Source: Dicyema japonicum
Taxonomy: Eukaryota; Animalia; Dicyemida
DNA length: 64,000 bases
Reading direction: 5' to 3'
Assembly: GCA_011109175.1 (NCBI GenBank)
Contig: RDEW01000003.1
Coordinates: 1,546,429 to 1,610,428 of the forward strand
Numbering within the stretch: position 1 is the stretch's first letter; every line of letters begins with the position of its first letter. Positions 26,621 through 39,850 of this stretch are shown here, one piece after another. Both the position numbers and the translations under genes were made by a program. The notes below the pieces were generated by a model. The model was not told where the DNA came from. It saw only the letters and a program-made list of their open reading frames with translations, and searched no databases.

Positions 26621-27528
26621 ATCATTATGAAAGCTCAGAGTGCGTCGTTAGGACGTGTGATGAAAAGAAAAGAAGGTGGACCTACTTCTCCATCTCTTCA
26701 GAAGCAGAAGCCTTTAATGAACTATTAGAGGATGGATTTGGTTGAGAAAATTTAGTTTAATCACATTTAAAGCTTCTGTTGATTTCAGAGGCTGCTAAAT
26801 ATATGGAACGAGTCGAGAAACATTTTTACACGTGGACTACAGATTAAACTTTAATTACCTTCGACCGAAATGGACAGCTACGAGATTCTAATCCGGAACC
26901 ATCTGGATTTGGTTTGGCACATTTTTGATATGTGATTTTATAAAATAAAATTTCTGGTGCAAGGCCGATATGGTCGGTTATTGTTAACAACATACGTGGA
27001 TTTTCTGATAAATGATCTTTCAGTTCTTTCAATTTTGCGATGAAACCAGGATCTTGCGATGGAGCCACTTTTTTTGTTCAGAATTTCGAGTTGCCGAAGT
27101 TTCACGAGCCCCTTACCAAGTCTATGTTTACAGGAAGAAGACATGGACTTTCATCCACCATGAGGGTAAGTAGACAATCTGTGTAATAGATGTACTTAAC
27201 AATCTGACTCATTAACCACGTGGCTAGCTGATTGGCCATTATAATTATAGAAATTGAAAGAATGTTGTTGTAAGGGATATTAACCTTGAGTTAGCATGTG
27301 ATTAAAGTCATGAGAGGTAATCAACCATGAATTAGAATAGCTCAACAGTACTTTAGCATAATTTCTAGAATCTAACAAATTATTCTTTCTCACTATTTTC
27401 TCAGAGATGTGTCCAGATTGGAATTAAACTCAAAATCTTGTATGTTGGTTTTTAATTAGTTCAGACGTGCTAGAATGACAAGTTATCTTTAACAAGGCAA
27501 TACTCGTAAATCATAATTAACCACAATT

Positions 27529-27999
27529 GACTAATAACTACAGCAAATGTATGTGGATAATATTTGCCAAATTAACTAAAATTGGAACAAATGGCATCAA
27601 ATATGTGCATCAAATATGCATATTGACCTATTAACTAAGCCCAATGAGGGTAACACAATATCCAATACTCTATTCCTTTTTTAACATAATCACTAATTTA
27701 TATAACCATGGTGGTATTTTATGTGAAAATAACCAGTACTTTTCGCGAGAGCCATAATACATAGGTATTATGGACTAATAACTACAGCAAATGTATGTGG
27801 ATAATATTTGCCAAATTAACTAAAATTGGAACAAATGGTATCAAATATGTGCATCAAATATGCACATTGACCTATTAACTAAGCCCAATGAAGGTAACCA
27901 ATATCCAATACTCTATTACTTTTTTTAACATAATCACTGATTTGTATAACCATGGTGGTATTTTATGTGAAAAAACCAGCACTTTTCGCGATAACCATA
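27529..27999. repeat. Tandem duplication, period 244 bp
   Basis: GACTAATAACTACAGCAAATG begins at 27529 and 27773; units differ by few substitutions or indels. Confidence 0.95.
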
Positions 28000-28019
28000 A
28001 TGGCTATAGCTCACAGACA

Positions 28020-28065
28020 GGTTTATGACGGGGTCACTCGTTAATCCAGAAGCATCGTGATTTGA
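28020..28065 (-). mobile_element. Fragment of the main SINE core
   Basis: ATGACGGGGTCACTCGTTAATCCAGAAGCATCGTGAT matches the antisense core. Confidence 0.55.
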
Positions 28066-28170
28066 CAAGTTTACTTAAAAATTACCAAATTTTAAAAAGA
28101 AAACCACAAAAATTACATTTCGTGGGCAATGTCATTTAAAACAAAAAATTGTCATTAATTTAATAAATTT

Positions 28171-29148
28171 ATGGACGTAAAGAAAGATTTAGTCTGTTAT
28201 GATTTGAGCTAATGCATAGATAACATTGAAAATAACCACGACGGAGCAAATTTGTGCGAAAGCATCCTGAAGTTCGCCTCTATTTTATTGATGATTTTAA
28301 CATTCCCATTTTCTCTCATTTTTGCAATAAAGGTAATAATTTAGACCTACTCAGGTCGTTATGGAATATGAACGGGTTATCATATTTAGACTTGGAAGAG
28401 TTCTCAACCAAAGACCAAGTGGACCAGGTTTGTCTTTATTGGGAGTGTCTTAGGACTGTTCTTTATAATCCCTTGCATTGACAATGTTAATGTCGTCGAT
28501 ACGAGGACGCAATCCTTTGATATTCCCCCACAAGAAGTAAATTTGTGATTCATTAGAGGTTTTAACAAAAGATTCCGTGACAGCGAATATCGATGCTGTT
28601 GTCTTCTTTCATATTAGTGATCCTCAACTTTCTGTTTTAAAGGTGGCGGACGCTCTAAAATCGACTAAACTTTTGGCAAGTTCAATTCTGAGAAATGTCT
28701 CGGAATGTACAGTTTAACAGAAATACTCCGTGATAAAGAATCCATAAGCCGGGAAATTTCGGTAATGTGCATTCAATAACATTAAGAATCAACTTGACGA
28801 AATCACAGATCGGTGGGGGGTAAAACTGGAGAACTTGGAAATGTGATGATATTTTTATTTTGTAGGAAAGATATACTAATTCCAAATGATATGAGGAGAT
28901 CTATGGCGGCAGAGGCAGAAGCTATTAGAAATGCTAATGCAAAGGTCATTCTCTTATTAATATAGATAATTGCTGCTAAGGGAGAAAAGGATGCTTCGGC
29001 CTCATTGCGAGATGCCTCTGAAATTATATCAGAGTCTCCTTTGGCAATACAACTTCGATATTTACAATCATTGACTACAGTTGCTGCTGAAAATAATTCG
29101 ACTATAATCTTCCCAATTCCATTAGAATTTTCAAAAATATTTAAGTAG
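28171..29148 (+). CDS. STOM: Stomatin / band-7 (SPFH) protein; multi-exon
   Basis: VVMEYERVIIFRLGR, GPGLFFIIPCID, FDIPPQEVLTKDSVT, AIQLRYLQSL, STIIFPIP. 22-nt introns at 28333-28354 and 28537-28558. Confidence 0.92.
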
Positions 29149-29269
29149 AAATAATTATTTTATTCACTAATTTATTTAAAAATAGACATTTTATTAACAG
29201 ACAAATATGGGGGTTATATAGACTGCCGGTTATTTCCTCTAAGGCTGCATAATAAAATATGATTTTGGC

Positions 29270-29390
29270 CACGTGGCGCCATGTGGTGCTTCGTGGCTAA
29301 TTGGTTGAAGTTTCTGTTCCTCCTCTCTCTTCCTCTGCGTGCACAATGCCTGCAGGCCATAATGAAAACTTGTCATAGCAACTTTACTTT
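29270..29390 (+). repeat. Chimeric mini-repeat: RTE leader start plus GCCTGCAGGCCATAATG motif
   Basis: CTGTTCCTCCTCTCTCTTCCT is shared with 42999 and 54697 and is followed closely by the motif seen at 41632. Confidence 0.55.
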
Positions 29391-29474
29391 ATTTAACAAT
29401 ATTTAATATTTAAATTAAAATTAATATTTATTAAGTTATAATTCTTTATCTCAAACCCATTTCATTAATAATGT

Positions 29475-29540
29475 ATCGGGATCACGTGATAATTAGTTTG
29501 GTTCTACCGTGTTCATAGGTCGTTAAATAAAATAAATTGA
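29475..29540 (+). mobile_element. Ultra-short 5'-truncated LINE tail (GIT-stop family)
   Basis: ATCGGGATCACGTGATAATTAG...CCGTG...TTAAATAAA closely resembles 47418-47478. Confidence 0.7.
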
Positions 29541-29959
29541 CATAGCAATTGAGATCAAATGGAGGAACCACTATGTTTCGTGAAATCATGGTTTCTAAGT
29601 GTGGCCAGAGGTCCCAGGTTCCTGAGATAAGACTTGCTACTTATCATCCCAATTGCTTGACAGCAATCGTGCGGATTTAAAATTATTCTACCATATCTAG
29701 GCTGTTTTATCGACCTCCATGAATGATCTCTAAAAAAGTCTTAACAAAAAAGCATGTTTTGTATAATATTTGTTTTTTTACATGATTGATTTTTAGAGAT
29801 TTTAGTATAAAAATTGAGGCAGCGCATAGTTGCAAGTAGCGCCGCAACATAATATCCCCCAGCCTTCAAACATTTTTGTCTCGTGAATTAATTTTAAATA
29901 TTTCTGTATGACACCTTAATGTTAGGGTACCTCATCTTGAATACAAGGACAATCTATGA

Positions 29960-31266
29960 ATTGTGATACCAGGGAACGGACATACTTTCTTGGGACTTTC
30001 TTGGGTGCCCACTGACGAAAAGGAACTGCGGAGCCATCTACAAACAAAAGAGGATGAACTCTCCAGAGTCACGGAGAAACTCTCCTTACTCGATGGTCAT
30101 ACAGCGTTCTTCCTTTTGAAGAATAGCATCGGCTTGCCCAAACTCCTATATGCTCTCCTATGTTCTCCCTGCTTCAAACATCGTGACATCTTCCTGTCAC
30201 TGGATAGGACATTGAGAAAATCAGCTGAATTGCTTCTAAACATCCACTTTGATGTGCCGAGTTGGAACCAATGCAAGCTTCTTACACGCCTCGGAGGAAC
30301 GGGTCTCAGGTCGGCGCTGGAATTCGCCTATCCAGCATATGTGTCATCGCTCTCAAGTGGAAGCCTTTTGGTCCAAGAAATCCTACGTATTACAACCGGA
30401 CTTTCATGGAAAGAGTCTTCGATGAAGCTCGTCGCGAATAGTGTGAAACTGGTTTGGATATGCCGAACGATCCTTCGAGGCAACGTGACTGGGATGATAT
30501 CTACTCCAAGAATATCTTCGAAGTGCTAAAGTCTGAGGCCAACCAGCATCGTCTTGCATGCCTCGTGTCAGCCGCCAACCATGGGAGCGGAGCGTGGCTT
30601 GATGCACTCCCGTCTTCCTCCCTGGGGACCCTATTGGACGATGACTGTATTCGGATTGGAATCGCACAACGCCTGGGAGCTGATGTTTGCGTCGAACACC
30701 AATGTCGCTGTGGAGGGATCGTCGATGCCAAAGGGCTGCACCCGCTCTCGTGCAAAAGGAGTGCGGGCAGAGCACCCCGCCATGCTGCTATGAACAACAT
30801 TGTCTTGCGAGCTCTTGAAGCGGCAGGCTTCCCGGCAGTACTGGAGCCTGTGGGATTGGACCGCGGAGATGGGAAAAGACCGGATGGGTTAACTATCTTT
30901 CCGTTCACTGAGGGAAAATCGCTCGTATGGGACTGCACTGTTGTGGATTCTTTCTCGAACTCGATGATACTCAGCTCGGCGCAGTCTGCTGGATCGGCAG
31001 CCGATCTGGCCGAGAAAATCAAGATTAAAAAATATGGCGAAATTGGAGACCGCTACCGTTTTGTACCGGTAGCAATCGAGACGTCTGGTGCGGCCGGAAG
31101 TATTACAGCCTCTTTCCTAAAGGAAATCGGGGGGAAATTGGCCCACCGCAAGAAAGACGTGCGGGAAGCGGTCTGGCTGAGGCAAAGAATTGGTATCGCA
31201 GTTGTCCGCGGAAACGCTTACTCCGTGATGTCAGCAGCCGCTCTCCTCTCTATAGTTAATAAATAA
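29960..31266 (+). mobile_element. CRE-clade non-LTR retrotransposon, 5'-truncated (post-RT, zinc knuckle, REL endonuclease)
   Basis: GSGAWLDALPSSSLG, CRCG..HPLSC, RH..N, KRPDG, WD, EKIKIKKY, VAIETSG, VVRGNA. Confidence 0.92.
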
Positions 31267-31487
31267 TTTTTTATTGTTAATAAATTTTTATTTACCAAAA
31301 AAAATCTATGAATTTGTCCAAAAGAAGATACTTTGACAATACAATCTTAAGTTTTTGAATTCTTCATAACTTTGTTAAAATAATTATTTTATGATTAAAA
31401 AATTAATTTTATTTATTATTTTTTTAAATTTTTCAAACAATTGAATATCTCTATTGGAGTATAGCCATGATCTAGAAGAAACATTTT

Positions 31488-33114
31488 TCTCTAAAAATAA
31501 CGATAAAAATTCGATACTCTGTCGAAATCAATTAATTTAATATAAACAGATTCTCCAAAAGAATTGAAATGGACAATTACTCTATTTTCCATTATATGAA
31601 CAGCCAAACAGGGATTTAGATGACGAAAAAATTGTTTGGAAAATTTATCACTATTCGACTGAGGGAAACCTTGTAATATGAGTTTGTATGGTTTTATTAT
31701 ATTCAATAACCCCCATTTCATCAATATAAAGACTTTAGTGAGACAAAAATACACCTTATTTTATTTATGTTTGATTCTTTTTTTGTGGAATATATTGTGA
31801 TCCCCGAAGAATCTGTATAAGATCCTAAAAGCGCATTGGGGCTGTCAAAGTCGTCATAAAACAAAACTAAATGATTCATTTCATTTATTTTAGAATTAAT
31901 TACAGCAACATTGCCTGATTCGTAACTGTAAATATTATAAATGTCATACAATACTGAATAATCTGATTTATTAAAACCCTCAATAAATTTAGCTCCATTC
32001 GAATAAAATTTAACAAAATAAGAAAGAAAATCGTTTTCAACATCTTTTGACTGTTTCCTCTTATTATTTTCTAAGTGAAAGAGTAATATACTTTCAATAT
32101 TTGTTGTGCATTCAAGATTTGATTCCTCCAATAAACTCAATTCAATGTCCTCTAGTGTCCAACCGTCCTTAATAAATCGCCTCGCTGATAATTTATAGGA
32201 AATTATGTTTGAATCGACACTGAAACCTAAATTATAAATTATTATACTTTGTTCTTTAATTTTTCGAATATTTATATTACTTACGATCCGTCTTTTTATT
32301 GTTCTTAAAATAAAAATAACATAAAACTCATTTTTTTGAATTTTATATTTATATTTTCCAACAGCTAAAGCGGGCTTGGGACGACTTATTTTGGTGTCAA
32401 ACTTGGTTTTTAAGTTAAATTTCAAAAGTTGATTTAATATATCCGAATCGTTGTTGTCTTCTTTTTTAAAATTAAATTTAGGACAAAAAGAACTTTTCTC
32501 TCTAAAATATTTTCCAGGAATCTATAATATTTAATATGCAAACAGAAAAATTATGAGATTGGTCGTCGTCTGAATCATCAATATTTAGTGGTGGTTTTGA
32601 TTCCCATTTAGTTCGTGTGTTTTCTAGGACAATTTCATTCGCGGAATTGTTAATTTCCCCGTGATATCTCAACAATTCGGGCAAATGAATTTTTTCAAGA
32701 CGCAGTTGATTGACAGTTCCATTTTTATCCCAATCATATAAAAAGTACTACTTGATTACCTGATATTGAACTAATTACACTGGACACGTCATGTTCATTT
32801 TCTTCCGTATTTTCTGGTGATTGTGAAGAAACTGAGGATGATTGTTGCCCGTTTATATAACTAACATCCTCGCAACTCGAAAATGAACTTTCTTTAATTT
32901 CTTGCTTATCGAATTCTGATAGTATAATAGAATTTGCATCTATTAAGTCTGGTTCGAGTTCTGTTGGCATTTCAACGTCAACACTATTCTGATCTAATGC
33001 TGTTTGAGTACCAAATGAAATAATCGTTTGATCGGGGACCCATTTTCCATCAATCTCATTAACTATGTTGCTTGTTATATCTGATGATTCTTCCATTATT
33101 AATATAAATGTCAT
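31488..33114 (-). CDS. Unidentified AT-rich multi-exon gene, possible C-terminal RRM-like segment
   Basis: Four consecutive minus-strand ORFs (126, 60, 234, 87 aa) with short gaps; LILQGFPQS...VIVHF is weakly RRM-like. Confidence 0.55.
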
Positions 33115-33315
33115 AGAAACATCATAAAATTTATAAAAGTTAAATAAATATTTTATAATTATTTTGGTTTTTTCAAAAATTTATTTCTTTGCCATGTGTT
33201 CCAGTTTTTGATGGTGCACAATACTAATTTGGAGAACTGGAAAATAACAACAACAAAATTTGATAGCATAATAGCATTTTTTCTTTTTACATCAAAAACT
33301 AAAAAATAGTTAAAA

Positions 33316-33605
33316 ATTGGCGCAGTGTAAAGAGTGCCTGCAAAAAGGCCCCTAGCTAGAATTCGGCTTCAGTACACTCCGGTTGAAGGTTCCACGTATC
33401 TACGATGCTTTGGCTTGAGGACTGACGCTGTCATAGTAAACATCTCACTGCGAATCTCCATAAAAAACATACACGCAACAAAAAATAAGTAAAGCATTTT
33501 TTGATTCCCTCTACGATTAGTTATAATGACTGTTCTTTACTTAAACAAAGTGTGTACCCTACCACACTTTAAGCTAACATGGCTCTGCGTAAAAGTGCAG
33601 TTTTT
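33316..33605 (+). mobile_element. tRNA-derived SINE, full-length copy
   Basis: TGGCGCAGTG head, core and tail ...AAAGTGCAGTTTTT shared with the 1611 and 36709 copies. Confidence 0.8.
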
Positions 33606-34948
33606 ATATATAAAATTAACTTATAAAACTATTTACTATATTATGAAATCAAATAGTCATTAATACTTTGTTTTTTAAATTATGATCTTTAGTGAAAATT
33701 TTGGATATTCGTGAAATAGCTACTTATTCAACCGAGGCAGAATTTGCAGTAAACTTCGAAGATTTCCACATACAGGAGAATTTTTAATATTGGAATTAAA
33801 TTTTGAAACAATCAGACCTAGTTTAGGAAGATTCAGAAAGAAATATTTTGTTGCGGTTAACCAACTACCTCATCCTGCGACAACAACGTAAAATGGTTTT
33901 ATAATTTTAGATAAAATCTTTTCTTTCCAAACGGACTTGTTTGTTGTGATTAAGGATGAAGGCAAGCTATCGTTTCCGAATTTCTTTGATCAGATGTGAC
34001 GTTGATCCGTAACCAAAAGCAATCAAACTACCCCGATAACCTGCAAAACCGCGTATTCAAAAAGACTGTACTCTAAAGACATTCCCCAGCTGCCTTCCAA
34101 ATTTTTGATGCTGCTGTACTGTTTTTTACCGATTTCCTTATCGTCACAGAAAATAGTACATCCCCCCATGGATTCATCGCATCATGGTCTTATTTCCCTC
34201 CTGAGATCAACTTCACACACAAACACAAGACTAAAAAAAACTTTGTTGCCACACTCAAAAACCCCAGATTTTTTGGAAAACTCTTAAAATGATTTATTCG
34301 TGACAAGCTTACTCTCATGTTTCCCGTAACACTGGAATATCTATAAAATTGTGAAATCTATCCTCGGTCATGCTAACTCACTCATAGGCTATAAGACCAG
34401 AATCAGTCATCATCATACTACAATGAGTTTCCGTTGTTGAGGACCTCGTCCTCAGAAATTGCAGAACTAATCAGTGTTTTTTGCCCACGTGTCAAAATTT
34501 ATCACATAATTTCAGAATTCAAGTGCAAGAGAACCGAATAGTCTAGTCATTCACTGTATATAATCTGGGTCCGAATGGCATTCTCACATTAACAAATCTC
34601 ATCGAACGATCTATTTACCATCTTATTTGAACCCCAACCGCGATCTTTCCGTTCTGATTTCCTCGTGTCAGTTGTTTCATGAAACAGGATATATATGGAC
34701 TCATGAATGAACTCTTTAGATACGAAATTTATAAACTTTTAGAAAATATCGCTCGGGTTATGAGTGATGGCGTCAAGAGAACTGTCCCAATAAAACTGGG
34801 TATTCTAATTCCTATACAAAAGTCCCACAAGCCAAATAAAAAAAATTAAGACCAATTTGATAACTAACGAACAGAGGATAAATTGATATAAAATTTATAT
34901 TTAAATATTAAAAATTATTTAAAATAATTAGATATTATTTTAAACTAC

Positions 34949-35640
34949 ATGAGGAATGTCTTTTGCCTAGTGAATCATTCATCTTCTATGAATATTTTAG
35001 GAAATAATTTCAATTCAACGTATTTACGAAATGGATTACATACCATCATTAATGGAGAGAAAATTAATATGAAAAACAAAGATATTAAAGGCTATTTGAA
35101 GAAAAAGAGTTCTATTTTCTACAAAATTCGAAAATTTTTCAGACTCCATGGTAGTTTGTTGTATAATTAGATTTTGTTGAAATTGAATTACCTGTATTAC
35201 GCTCAAAATCTTCCATTAATGTACTTTAAAAATTATACCTAAGAGACCAATGATCGTTAAAAATAATAAAAATTTCTATATTTTATCGGGTGATCGTCAT
35301 TTGGTTGGTGATGGTAGTTTTATAATTAGTTTACCAATACTCTCATCTCTAGTGGATTTGATAGATACTACCACGTTGTTCGTGATATAGTAAATGACCC
35401 AAGAACAATTAATAGTCACATAGAGAGAACGCGTGTTGAATTTGAAATGAGAACCAATTCATTGGATGATTTGATTGAAATGTCAAAAAAATTATTGGAA
35501 ACAATTTGTCACCCAAGGAATGTTAACTTTATCGTTGGTTCATATGACGAATTCCTAAATACACATTTCGATCCAGCACCTTGTTTTTTTGTCAATGATT
35601 TAAAGGTAGAGTTTAGATTAACGTAGATCTTCGACGTTAC
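34949..35640 (+). CDS. Possible divergent gene (weak sulfotransferase-like motif)
   Basis: Open segments with candidate mini-introns; IVNDPRTINSH resembles the RDPR motif. Weak. Confidence 0.2.
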
Positions 35641-35885
35641 TAGTATTTTGTTAATTAATAATTTCTTTTGTAACTTTGATGGTGAACGTGAGAACATTAC
35701 AACATTTGCACTTAAAATTCCCGCCAAATATGTATTTTTTGGTTTGAATAAAAGAATCTGTCAACTGAAATAATAAAAGATATTCAAATAAAAATAAAAT
35801 ATAAATATTCATTTTTTGTATTTTTCATTATTTAATATAGGTCTTTTATTTTAATTGTAAAAATAATCAAAATGGGGAACTTAAG

Positions 35886-36699
35886 ATGACTGATGAACAA
35901 TATTTAAAATTCAAGAATGGTGCAGACGATGTACTAATCAATGTAACGGAGATGGAAGATAATGATACATGTTTTCTTATTACAGGGAAATCTACATATT
36001 CGGTTGAGTTTATTCATAACATTTAGAAAATAATTTGTGGGTATCTTAGGAGATTGGTTGTTAATGAAATATACGAACAATATTTAAAGTGTGATAGTAA
36101 AGTTGCTAAAATTTATATTTTTAGATTTTAAATTTCACTATCACATCATATGCCCTATTTTAAATATTCAGTATTTAAATATGTTATCTTAGAATTCAAA
36201 TTATCCTGTGACAACTCATTACACCACAAAAATTGATGGAAAGATTGATAAAAATGAAAATCATTTGATAGAAAATGTTACAGTTATTATAAATTTATAG
36301 ATGAAGGGGAGTCATTTTATGATTTCTCTGAATGGATCACAAGTAGGTTGGGGGGCACTTCGAGAAACAGATAAATCAGTAATTGACTATTTATTAGGAC
36401 TGTCAAAAGATAAAAATTTAAATGAAATAGAATATTATAACTGCCAACCTCATGGTGGATTTACTTTATTTGCTGATCAACTAGTGAATGCTCTTGCAAC
36501 CAGAAAAACAAAATCCTCATTTCATCTCTTGATATTTGAATATATTTGACAACGTTTCAATAAAACTTTTTTAATGCATTTTTTTAGTTGAAGAAAACAA
36601 GTAAAGTCTTTTAGTAAAGAGGTTAAATTACAGTTACCAGGAAAAATTGAATATGCTTGGCCTTTTTATAAAAGTAAATTTGATTATGCAAGTACATAA
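35886..36699 (+). CDS. Unidentified multi-exon gene
   Basis: Open segments separated by 22-25 nt GT-AG introns, ending ...PFYKSKFDYAST* at 36697-36699. Confidence 0.5.
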
Positions 36700-36708
36700 G
36701 GCGAAAAC

Positions 36709-36990
36709 GAATGCCGGACAAAAGTTCTGATGATTCTCTAGTTCTAATCTAGCTGCTGTGCTTTTCGGCTGAAGTTTCCGCGCATCTATGATGCTTTGGG
36801 TTGACGAGTGACGCCGTCATCAGTGAACATTTCAACGGAACTGGATCGTCTATAAAGACCTCACACCTAACAAAAAAAAATAAGTGAAGAGCATTCCTTG
36901 GTTATTATCATAACTGTTTTTTAATAAAATGTGTGTCCCGCCTGGAAGGAACTATAGGTCTATGGATCTTTTTAAAGTGCAGTATTTTTT
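36709..36990 (+). mobile_element. tRNA-derived SINE with perfect 14-bp TSD
   Basis: CATAAGGCGAAAAC at 36695-36708 and 36991-37004; core and tail match the family. Confidence 0.9.
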
Positions 36991-37129
36991 CATAAGGCGA
37001 AAACTATTTCATATCAACTTTTTTCATTTGTTTTGAATTTTTATTAAACGTGTTTAAGTGAGCAATTATATACTGATAATTTAGCATAACAACGATAAAT
37101 ATGCTGTTCCTCCATGTGGTTTTTGATTA

Positions 37130-37740
37130 TCGATAACGCACCTCAGTTCAAAAATAGTCTATGTCAGAAATTCCAAGTTTCTTCTGAATGTCAAATGCCT
37201 GGACTTCTCGAAGGTGTTCGGATACTGGTGCAGTATAGTACTCCTATAATTACCTAGGGGAAACTATACTGCACCAGTAGCGGCGTCAACATGTAAGTCA
37301 TGAAGTTTTACTCTCCTAATTATCCCAGATAGGGGTCTCGTTAGAGTTTGATTAAAAATCCCTGTATGGGAGGAACGTTGTTGTGAGACATGGACGCTAC
37401 TTTAACCCAGTAGAGTTGTAGAGGGGAGTCTCGCAAGGATATATTCTCAGCTCTCTACTATTCAACATTCTCATGTAAAGTTTTTTTCTAAATACCCAGG
37501 TACAAGACTATTATTATATGTCGTCGATGTTCTTATATTCGATATGTTAAAATAAAGTTGCTCACGGAAAAAAAAACTATACATGAAAGAAATCAGGAGT
37601 TGGTGAGGAAGGCTCAAACTCTTCGACGAAAAAAACAAATGCCATGCAAGACCTCCAGTATACCCTCTTTACATTTTATGGTATTAAGCTCCTGTGGGTA
37701 AGAGACACTAGGCATCACCGTCGACGATGGTCATACTCAG
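37130..37740 (+). mobile_element. Heavily decayed LINE RT fragment
   Basis: LDFSKVF, GVSQGYILSSLLFNIL and LYVVDVL correspond to RT motifs. Confidence 0.6.
37225..37277. mobile_element. 53-bp mini-MITE with 15-bp perfect TIRs and TA TSD
   Basis: TA-CTGGTGCAGTATAGT...ACTATACTGCACCAG-TA, interrupting the RT motif. Confidence 0.7.
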
Positions 37741-38199
37741 GCGCTGTGAAAACTATTTCTGTGCGCGAGGGTCTCTCTTAATCAGCTGCAATCAGCTTTC
37801 CGATTTCGTTTGACAACTCCTTTACTAATTTTCCAAATCGACCCAGAGGTTTCGATGACGATTGAAAAGAAATGGAAACGATCTCCAAAAAACCGAATAC
37901 TTTTTTAGTTTTCAAACGTTCGCCAGAGTCGGAATTTTGGTCAATAAAATACGTGAAACAGTGAATGAGTCGATGGACGTCACATCTCAGATGAGAGATC
38001 TTCCACTGAAAAATAGAAAATAGTCATTTTATGAAATCTCTTCACGTTATATCCTCAACTCCAGATCACGTTTACGGATCTTATTTAGGGGAGGGGATAT
38101 TTTGAAAACTTCCCAGCGCTCCATCTGCAGGAAAGAGGATAAATCCCTTTCCAATCAACCTTCATTCCACAATGACGCGTATGAGGTTTGCAGACGCAA

Positions 38200-39850
38200 A
38201 CAAAAAATTCTATCCTTCGAGAATGGTAAGCTTTTGACCCCACATCTATGTCCTCAATCACCTCGAACAGAGACGCAGTGATAATTGAAGTTACGATTTT
38301 TGATACAGTTGATCTTCATATACATTGAAATCGAGTCCATCACACAGATCTCTCATAAATATATAGCAGAAGACTCAAGATTGAGCCTTGTGGCACTCCC
38401 CTCTTCATAACAATCTCTTCAGAAATAAATCCTTCACATATGACAAATGATCTTCTCCCTGTCAGAAGATTTCTTAAACAATCAAGTAAAAGTTTTGAGA
38501 TTTCAGCTGCGACTACCTGACAAAACAGTGCATCATGCCAGACATTATCGAATGCCTTCGATATACGACACTTAGCTGATATTTGAAGTTCCTGGCTTTT
38601 CAATCTCAGAGTTTAAGATGAAAAAAACAATCTTCACATGATCTCCCTGGACGAATGCCCCATTGTTCCTTGTTGAGAAAATTCCGTGATTCGATATGGC
38701 GTGTAATTATTTTATAAATCACCCTCTCCGTAAATTTTGAAATTGTTTATTAGACAATAGCCCAAGAAATCCATCCTCGATTTTCCTGGTTTTGGGATCA
38801 TCCGAATAATGGAATCCTTCCAAGCTTGAGGTACATATCCCATATTGAGACTTGCTCCAAATAGGTAACAGAAAACCTCGAAAAGGCAATCCGGACCCTC
38901 CTTGAATAATTTAAGGCGTATCCCGTCCATTCCAGGAGCTTTATCTCGGCACTCCATAATAGTTTGTTTAACCTCTTTAATAATTATCTCCATGCGCCAT
39001 GTCCCAAAATGTTCTTTTAGAATTTTCATACTTGAAAGAGATCAAGCAAACTCAGAAAGAGATTCTTCGGGCACTAGATCCTTTGGATCAATCCTTGAAT
39101 ACTCTCGAGAAGCTCCCGAAAGCCATTAAAAACATCCGTCTCGGTGACAACAGTGCCATGGATCTCTTCAAATTATTAACATCTGATCCAGGAGTTACAA
39201 GCCTCCGATAAGACTACCAGAATGTTGGGTTATTGGGGTCCAACCTCCTGCTTCAGTGCATCCATTTCTTATTGACTTTTTTTTAAATAAAAATCTTTTG
39301 AGTAACTCGTATTCTTCTCTATAAATTCTTGGTCCAATAATCCAGATACCGTCTTAACTTTGTCCGAAGCGATTTAGTTTAAATTTCAGTTTGATTGGTC
39401 AGGGACAGCAACTTAGGAGAAAACAGGTTTCGCAAACAATGTAAATACTCTTCCATAGCACTCACAATGTTTGCGCTAACATAGTCCACTTCACCGGGCA
39501 ACAACATAAAGTCGATAAAAAAGTAGTTTATCCGTCATGAAAGTCCTGTAATGACTCCATATGACATTATTAGTATCAAATTTCATAAAACCCAGAAATA
39601 CATGGCCGACTTTAAATTAACACATAACTTTAAATTTTTGAAAAATATCAGCCTCGTTTGGGTTCGATGAATCCATTGTGAACTGTGAATATCAGTAGAA
39701 ATAGAGGGTAACGAGGACTCCACAAGGTAAAACCTAGAATTGAAGCTTGATGACGGACGAGAGAGTTTAACGACGCCTGGGGTATTCCGAGAACCAAAGG
39801 AAAGAGCAGTTTTTGCCAATAAATTCAAATTAGGTATGCTAAATCAATAA
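38200..39850 (-). mobile_element. Jockey-like LINE remnant (APE plus RT)
   Basis: FGSRNTPG (APE), DKAPGMDGI, WKDSIIRMIPKPGK, ISKAFDNVWH, GVPQGSILS. Confidence 0.85.

Noticed and set aside
26600-27150. Short ORFs as a gene or Gypsy RT remnant
   Set aside because: Only vague motif resemblance (PDGS); cannot support a call.
27529-27999. CRISPR array or prokaryotic system
   Set aside because: Only two long units with no repeat-spacer structure; the window is eukaryotic with spliced genes.
35886-36699. Assignment to CATIP
   Set aside because: Only faint local resemblance from memory; the expected C-terminal domain was not seen.
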